55,778 nucleotides of DNA from an uncultured archaeon (GTDB lineage: Archaea > Asgardarchaeota > Lokiarchaeia > Sigyniarchaeales > SOKP01). The position numbers were made by a program, and so were the translations under genes. The notes under the pieces were generated by a model. The model was given only the letters and a program-made list of their open reading frames with translations, did no database searches and was not told where the DNA came from. Below, piece after piece: positions 50,274 through 55,778 of this stretch (positions are counted from its first letter, which is position 1; every line of letters begins with the position of its first letter). The DNA lies in assembly GCA_964388035.1 (NCBI GenBank), contig CAYLZE010000023.1, positions 1-55,778 of the forward strand, read 5' to 3'.

Positions 50274-50597
50274 AATAATCCAAGTTAAGTCTCCGAAAAA
50301 CATCCCAATGTTTCTTGCATTTATTTCAGATTAAATATACACTTTTTATTTTTCCTTTCTCTTTTTATTACCATTTTAAGATTATCGTCATGATTCATTT
50401 CATTCCATGTTGATTGAACATGATGATCGGAGATCTATTAAGAAATGGATTCCATATTAAAGGTAAGAGCTTGAATCAGATACTCGTACAAATTGGAATT
50501 TCCTCTCAAGAAATATAACATGAAAGCATGGTGGCCAGCTCTAAAAAATGCAAGGTCTAAAAAAAGAACAAAATAATTAATTATTCCTTTTCTCCTC

Positions 50598-51113
50598 ATG
50601 AAAAAAAAAAGAATCCTGGTGTTGGGAGATACTCATTTAAGGGGAAATGAGCCCCTGCCTAATGGCTTGCTGCATGAAATCAAAAATGCGGATTATATCA
50701 TCCATTTAGGAGATTATATTTCCCCTTCCTTGGTAACTTCCCTCATGCACATTAAAAATCGTACCTTTCTCGGCGTATTTGGCAATGCGGACCCTCTCAG
50801 CATCAGGAAAATGCTTCCTGCCATTAATGAAGTAACGATTCAAGATAGTAAAATTTGCTTTACTCATCCCTTTGAGGGCGGAGATATAGAAATTACTGAA
50901 AGACGGGTACTTTCCAAGCTAAAAAACAAAAATCCGGATGTTATTCTTTATGGCCACACGCATGAACCCAGGATTTATAAAATAGAGGAAATTCTAATCA
51001 TAAATCCCGGAAAGGCCTATACGGAGAAAGGCACGTTTGGAGGACCAGCTACCTATGCATGCGTGGAAATCGATGCAAATGTCAAGGCACAAATTAAAAC
51101 TATTACCGAATAA
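50598..51113 (+). CDS. YfcE/MJ0936-family metallophosphoesterase
   Basis: GDTH, HLGD, GNAD, THP, GHTH, NPG. Confidence 0.9.
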   Translation: MKKKRILVLGDTHLRGNEPLPNGLLHEIKNADYIIHLGDYISPSLVTSLMHIKNRTFLGVFGNADPLSIRKMLPAINEVTIQDSKICFTHPFEGGDIEITERRVLSKLKNKNPDVILYGHTHEPRIYKIEEILIINPGKAYTEKGTFGGPATYACVEIDANVKAQIKTITE

Positions 51114-51143
51114 CTAATAACGTAAAAATCTCATCTTTTTTAC

Positions 51144-51362
51144 TCAAGGTTTCTTGCGAATGATCTGATTACAGTTATAACATATTACAATTTCCCACTT
51201 ATTCTTCCTACCCAGAGTAAAAAGGTATTCACAATTATTTTCTAACTCATGATAACAATTCGGACAGAGTTCATTTGTATAATCCTCATCATATTCCACT
51301 ATTTTTGCACTACTCATGCACATTTTTCTCAATTTCCGATTTCTTTGAGTGAGTTCTATCAT
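51144..51362 (-). CDS. small zinc-ribbon protein
   Basis: CPNC...CYNC. Confidence 0.55.
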   Translation of the reverse strand: MIELTQRNRKLRKMCMSSAKIVEYDEDYTNELCPNCYHELENNCEYLFTLGRKNKWEIVICYNCNQIIRKKP

Positions 51363-51831
51363 AGCTTTATTCCCAACATTTGGAATTATACTCTTTCCAT
51401 GAGGAGTAATAAAAAGTACACGAAATTACCAGCTCATTTTAGAAGGAACAATCCTCATAAAATAAAATTCTTGCATCCAAAATAAATGCTAGTCAACCTA
51501 ATCCGCCAAATAGAACGGAAGCAAGGATTATATCATTGAAGAGAACCTTTCTTTAGGTTAATAGGGTTGAAAACCCGAAATGGGCCGTCAAGTTTTTGAT
51601 ATATTATCAGATATCCCTGTATTTCCTTCAAACTTCATGGGAAAAAAGAAAAACAGGTTGGTTTTCGAAATTTATCGACTGAAACTTACATGTGGAAATC
51701 GATAATAAGAGAATATATCAATACCTTCAGGAAAATCTTAAGGATTATACAAAAATTAAAGAATTTATAAATACTATGTATTAAAAAATTTTGCCAAACA
51801 CATAAAAATATTCCTTTTATATATAAGTTCA

Positions 51832-52560
51832 ATGAATGATAAAAAGGAGATACTCGCAATAGCCCATCGGGGGGCGAATACTATTGCCCCTGAAAACACC
51901 CTTAAAGCTTTTCAAAAAGCCATTGAGTTAGGAGCTGATTTTATTGAGTTTGACCTCTGGCGCACGAAAGATGGACATCTCATGGTAAGCCATGATAATT
52001 CTCTATTGAGAAGAGCTCGTAAAATTGGATTCATGACCAAAAAGACTTTATCAGAGCTCAGATCTTTAACTGTGGGCGATAATGAAAAAATACCCCTGCT
52101 CTCCGAAGTTATAACGCTCGCAAAGGGAAAAATCGGATTGATGTGCGAGCTTAAAGCAAGAAATATTGCTTCCGAAGTAGTTGAAATCCTGGAAAAAGAA
52201 GGGATGCTTGACTCCTCCATCATCATCTCTTTTCATCACGAACAACTTGTAAAAATTAAGAAAAGTAATCCTTCTATAAAAGTGGGGGCAATTCTACCGA
52301 CCGGAGTAGGGTGGATCCTAAATTGGATCATAAAAAAACCGATGATAACCTCTGCCAGTAAACATGATTTCTTTTCAATCAATCTATTTTACCCGCTAAT
52401 CAATAAAGCGTTTGTAGATTTAGCCCACAAAAAAGGACTGCTTGTCTATCCTTGGACCGTTAATTCAAAAAAAACCATGAAAAAACTCATTAAACTTGGC
52501 GTGGACGGAATTCTCACCAATGATATTCAAGCTCTAAAAAGCGAATTAAATCCCTCCTGA
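51832..52560 (+). CDS. glycerophosphodiester phosphodiesterase
   Basis: AHRG..PENTL.AF, IEFD, HD, ELK, WTVN, GVDGILTN. Confidence 0.93.
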   Translation: MNDKKEILAIAHRGANTIAPENTLKAFQKAIELGADFIEFDLWRTKDGHLMVSHDNSLLRRARKIGFMTKKTLSELRSLTVGDNEKIPLLSEVITLAKGKIGLMCELKARNIASEVVEILEKEGMLDSSIIISFHHEQLVKIKKSNPSIKVGAILPTGVGWILNWIIKKPMITSASKHDFFSINLFYPLINKAFVDLAHKKGLLVYPWTVNSKKTMKKLIKLGVDGILTNDIQALKSELNPS

Positions 52561-52575
52561 AGAAAATCTATAAAT

Positions 52576-52839
52576 CTAGTCATTATCTAATTTGTTTTTA
52601 AAAGAAGCAAGCTCTTTTCGTAATAAATATCGAATAAATGGGGGTAAACGAGGATTTTTATCACCTATCTCTCTTGCTCTTTCTAAATGACTTGGATTAA
52701 AAATACCTTGTTGGACCTCTAAAAAAGTTTTATATACATGCGAAGTATCTTTGAAAAAGTCCATGCGTTCTTTGAAAGCCCTGTTCTCAAGTGATTTATT
52801 GGTTGTTTCATACATTTTTTCCTTATTTCTAGTGCTCAT
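52576..52839 (-). CDS. small hypothetical protein
   Basis: 87-aa ORF with AGGAG SD upstream. Confidence 0.55.
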   Translation of the reverse strand: MSTRNKEKMYETTNKSLENRAFKERMDFFKDTSHVYKTFLEVQQGIFNPSHLERAREIGDKNPRLPPFIRYLLRKELASFKNKLDND

Positions 52840-53278
52840 TTTTCTCTCCTTTTAATTCTGATTGTTGCGAATGCTTTTATTTTAGATTCATTAAAAGAAT
52901 AATATCAAATTAAATAAAAAGCGCTTGCGGTATAACTTTCCCCCAAAGACTTGGAAAGAAATTGAATTTGGACTTTAAAAGAATTTAACTCGTGAATTAC
53001 TTGAATGATGCTTTAAATCATGATCTTTAATCAACATTCTGTTTCCAATTGCATGATCAGTACACGCTTATTAATCAATCAAATAAATTAGATGGGAAAA
53101 GCATTTTTTTAATTTTCATAAAACGCGTTTTAACGCCATATTATATACTAAGATTTTAACGATCATTATTCTCTTAAGAGCTCCACATTTTAAAATTACT
53201 TCAAAAAAAATTTCCCTTCAAAGTCATCTTAAACGTCCAAATTGGAAATATTCTGAAAAAAAGTATTATAAAGAAGTA

Positions 53279-53476
53279 GTGAAAGTGATTGAAAGTGCTT
53301 GCTCTCTGACATTCGAGCAAGCAGTTAATTTTAGAAACGAAAATTGGAAAGAATATAGCATTGGATGCATTTTATGCGGAAATCTCTGTAAATACATTGA
53401 ACAGTTTAATTTACCATCTCAAAATGATGTGAAAAACCATGATGGAACGCTAAAAAAATGGCTAAAACCCGAGTAA
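53279..53476 (+). CDS. small Cys-rich hypothetical protein
   Basis: 65 aa, CILCGNLC. Confidence 0.4.
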   Translation: MKVIESACSLTFEQAVNFRNENWKEYSIGCILCGNLCKYIEQFNLPSQNDVKNHDGTLKKWLKPE

Positions 53477-53852
53477 ATGATGTCTATTCCTCATAACGCC
53501 ATATAATGTGAAGAACCTAAACCATATCACTCGACAATTATGAATTGAAAAATATTTAAAAATAAAATTTAATCGTGAACATAAGAACAACATTTCCCCT
53601 TCTCTTTTTACGTGCAGCTTCACGCTGCATTCATTTCTTGTCTTTCTTTTCTCCGTTTTCCGTCAACAAATACTTTTCATGCTACTTCTTACACGCATTC
53701 TTTTCAAATACCCTCAAATTCTAAGCCTGAACCAACAAGCCCATTTCAACGCCAAACACTCGTGCTGTTGAGAGTGGCGGGCTAAACTGGTCGCCCAAAA
53801 GCTTCCAGCGTACACCCCCACCTCACCAACCCCGTCTTTTACGGGTGCACTC

Positions 53853-54085
53853 GTCTCGCTCTCACGGTACGCGTCACCGCATCCCGTCCGACTTCTCAGT
53901 TCACACTCACATTCACGCTATAAGTTCTCTTTCCATCACGCGCGGCGATCTCGCGAACACTTCTCAATGCTCACGCCACTTCATGCCGGAAATCCAGGAG
54001 ATGACCTCTGACCTTCACAGGATGCGTCTTATCACCTCCACCCGCATGAATGCAGCTTTACCTAATCCGTCAAACAGAACGAGAT
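53853..54085 (-). other. large expansion segment ES39 (helix 98) of 23S rRNA
   Basis: About 230 nt between conserved flanks, closed by GTCTCG/CGAGAT. Confidence 0.8.
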
Positions 54086-54150
54086 TGGGAGATTATTTTC
54101 AGGACCAGCTTCGTGCTTAGATGCTTTCAGCACTTATCTGTTAGCGCGTG

Positions 54151-54186
<36 letters not shown>

Positions 54187-54273
54187 TAGAGGCGCCCGCA
54201 AATTGTTCCTCTCGTACTGAATTTCCGTTACCCTCAATCTCCCGACAAACCCAGTAGATAGAATCCGACCTGT

Positions 54274-54482
54274 TTCGTGTGGATAAAGATTGGGAAAAGC
54301 AGATTAACTCTTTCGTTAATTCCGTCAAACTTATAAAAATCAAATTTTTAAAATCAAGAAGGGGATTCTTAGGGGTTCACCCTCATTGACTTTATTTTAA
54401 TTTGTTAACTTGGTTTACTCTTCTTTCTTGAAAATTAACTTCAAATTCACTATTAGTGAATCCCTTACAATCTTTCATCCAA
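54274..54482 (-). other. 209-nt archaeal BHB intron in 23S rRNA peptidyl-transferase region
   Basis: Splits conserved CCGTCGTGAG|ACAGGTC; CGTG/CACG core, bulges AG|T and AA|A, 13-bp terminal stem. Confidence 0.88.
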
Positions 54483-55778
54483 CTCACGACGGTCTGAACC
54501 CAGCTCACGTTCCCTTTTAATGGGCGTACAGCCCCACCCTTGGCAGTTATGTGCGCTGCCAGGATAGGAAGAGCCGACATCGAGGAAGCAAGCCACGAGG
54601 TCGATAGGAACTCTTACTCGTGACAACTCTGTTACCCCCGGGGTAATTTTTCTATCACGTCAGTCATCCACACGAGATAAACTAACGATCGCTAGACCAG
54701 GCGTTAGCCTCAGGATTCCTTGGTGATCAGAATCCAGTCAGGCCAGCTTTTGCTCTTAAACTCTTCAGCGGATTCCTGACCCGCTTGAGCTGACCATTGG
54801 TTTCTCTAGATATTTTTTCTAGAGAGAGCCGCCCCAGCCAAACTGCCCACCTGCGGGTGTCCGACACTTTTGGTGCCGTTAGTGGTTTCAGGAGAGAAAG
54901 CCGGTATTCCAATGTTGCTCCGCTATCACCGAAATGATAACATCTACGCTCCCGACTATACTCTGTATCTAACCCAAAATCACAGCAACAGGCTGCAGTA
55001 AAACTCCACGGGGTCTTCTCGTCCCACCAGGTATCTCCGGACCGTTCGCCGGAGTGTAATTTCAATCGTCAGAAGGCTGGGACAATAGGGAGAACGTTGG
55101 ACCATTCATGCACGTCTGAACTTACCAGACAAGGCATATGGCTACCTTAAGAGAGTTATAGTTACTCCCGGCGTTTAGCAGGACTTATTGCGGTTGTAAC
55201 CGCTGTTTATCGGACTGCCACTGGCCAGGTTTCAGCTCCTGTAAACAAGCTTTCGCTCTATCAGGAACCTGTGTTTTTGTTAAACAGTCGCCCCCCCTGA
55301 GTCACTGCGACTTGAGAACCCCCGTACACTGTAAGGCGTACAGAAGTTCGCAAGCAAGCCTTATCCCAAGGTTACGGCTCTAATTTGTCGATTTCCCTAG
55401 CCTCCTTTACACGAATACGCCTTAGGCTACTCACCTAGGGGCACCTGTGTCGGTTCTGGGTACGATCACGGCATTCCTTGCTTCTGCCTTTTTATTAAGT
55501 CCTGGGCTCGGCGGAACCTTCCACAATTGGATGGCTATTCATGGTTTGGGCTGGGTCTAAGATTTACTCTATTCACCAGCGTTATCCATTTAAATAGGGA
55601 GATATTCGATGGCCCTATTCCACCTTCCCGGAACTGTTAGCATGAAGCCGTGCGTCACCGCAAGCGTAGTGCCGTGGTACAGGAATATAAACCTGTTTCC
55701 CTTTCGCGCATGTCAGTTAAGGATGCGCTTAGGATCGACTAACTCTTCGCTGACGACGCATTGCGAAGAAACCCTTGC

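Noticed and set aside
50598-51113. Retromer Vps29 orthologue
   Set aside because: Intact metallophosphoesterase motifs fit the widespread prokaryotic YfcE/MJ0936 family; nothing specific to Vps29 is visible.
1179-52226. Many short antisense or nested ORFs in the track (e.g. 1993, 5650, 13135, 32907, 36767, 40504, 46824, 48576, 51912)
   Set aside because: Shadow ORFs overlapping well-supported genes or tRNAs, with atypical composition.

Overview
Archaeal chromosomal window, very likely an Asgard archaeon (Lokiarchaeia-like; inferred from PolD, unsplit RpoB, Elf1, longin, roadblock and Rab-like proteins and a giant ES39 in the 23S rRNA). It is mostly core informational genes: elf1, pelota, rtcB and archease, carS, cdc6, PolD DP1/DP2, cbf5, rpoH/rpoB, tfe, aMBF1, pan, nac, nrdD. 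It also holds four tRNAs, all with introns (6 introns in total), and the 3' part of a 23S rRNA gene with a 209-nt intron. Top finding: the tfe gene (transcription factor E) is interrupted by an in-frame, stop-containing 30-nt insert (37074-37103). The insert folds into a bulge-helix-bulge (BHB)-like motif, and its removal exactly restores the conserved RDxxTGW-x-x-Y/F-W motif. This is a candidate tRNA-type intron in the mRNA of a basal transcription factor, with the RtcB/archease ligase encoded in the same window. Second finding: a possible actin/membrane module at 4.9-8.9 kb, made of a BAR-like helical protein, a coiled-coil/polyproline/amphipathic-helix protein resembling a minimal WAVE/WASH/VASP, and an unannotated 51-aa WH2-like microprotein. 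All family calls come from motif recognition by eye; no searches were run.
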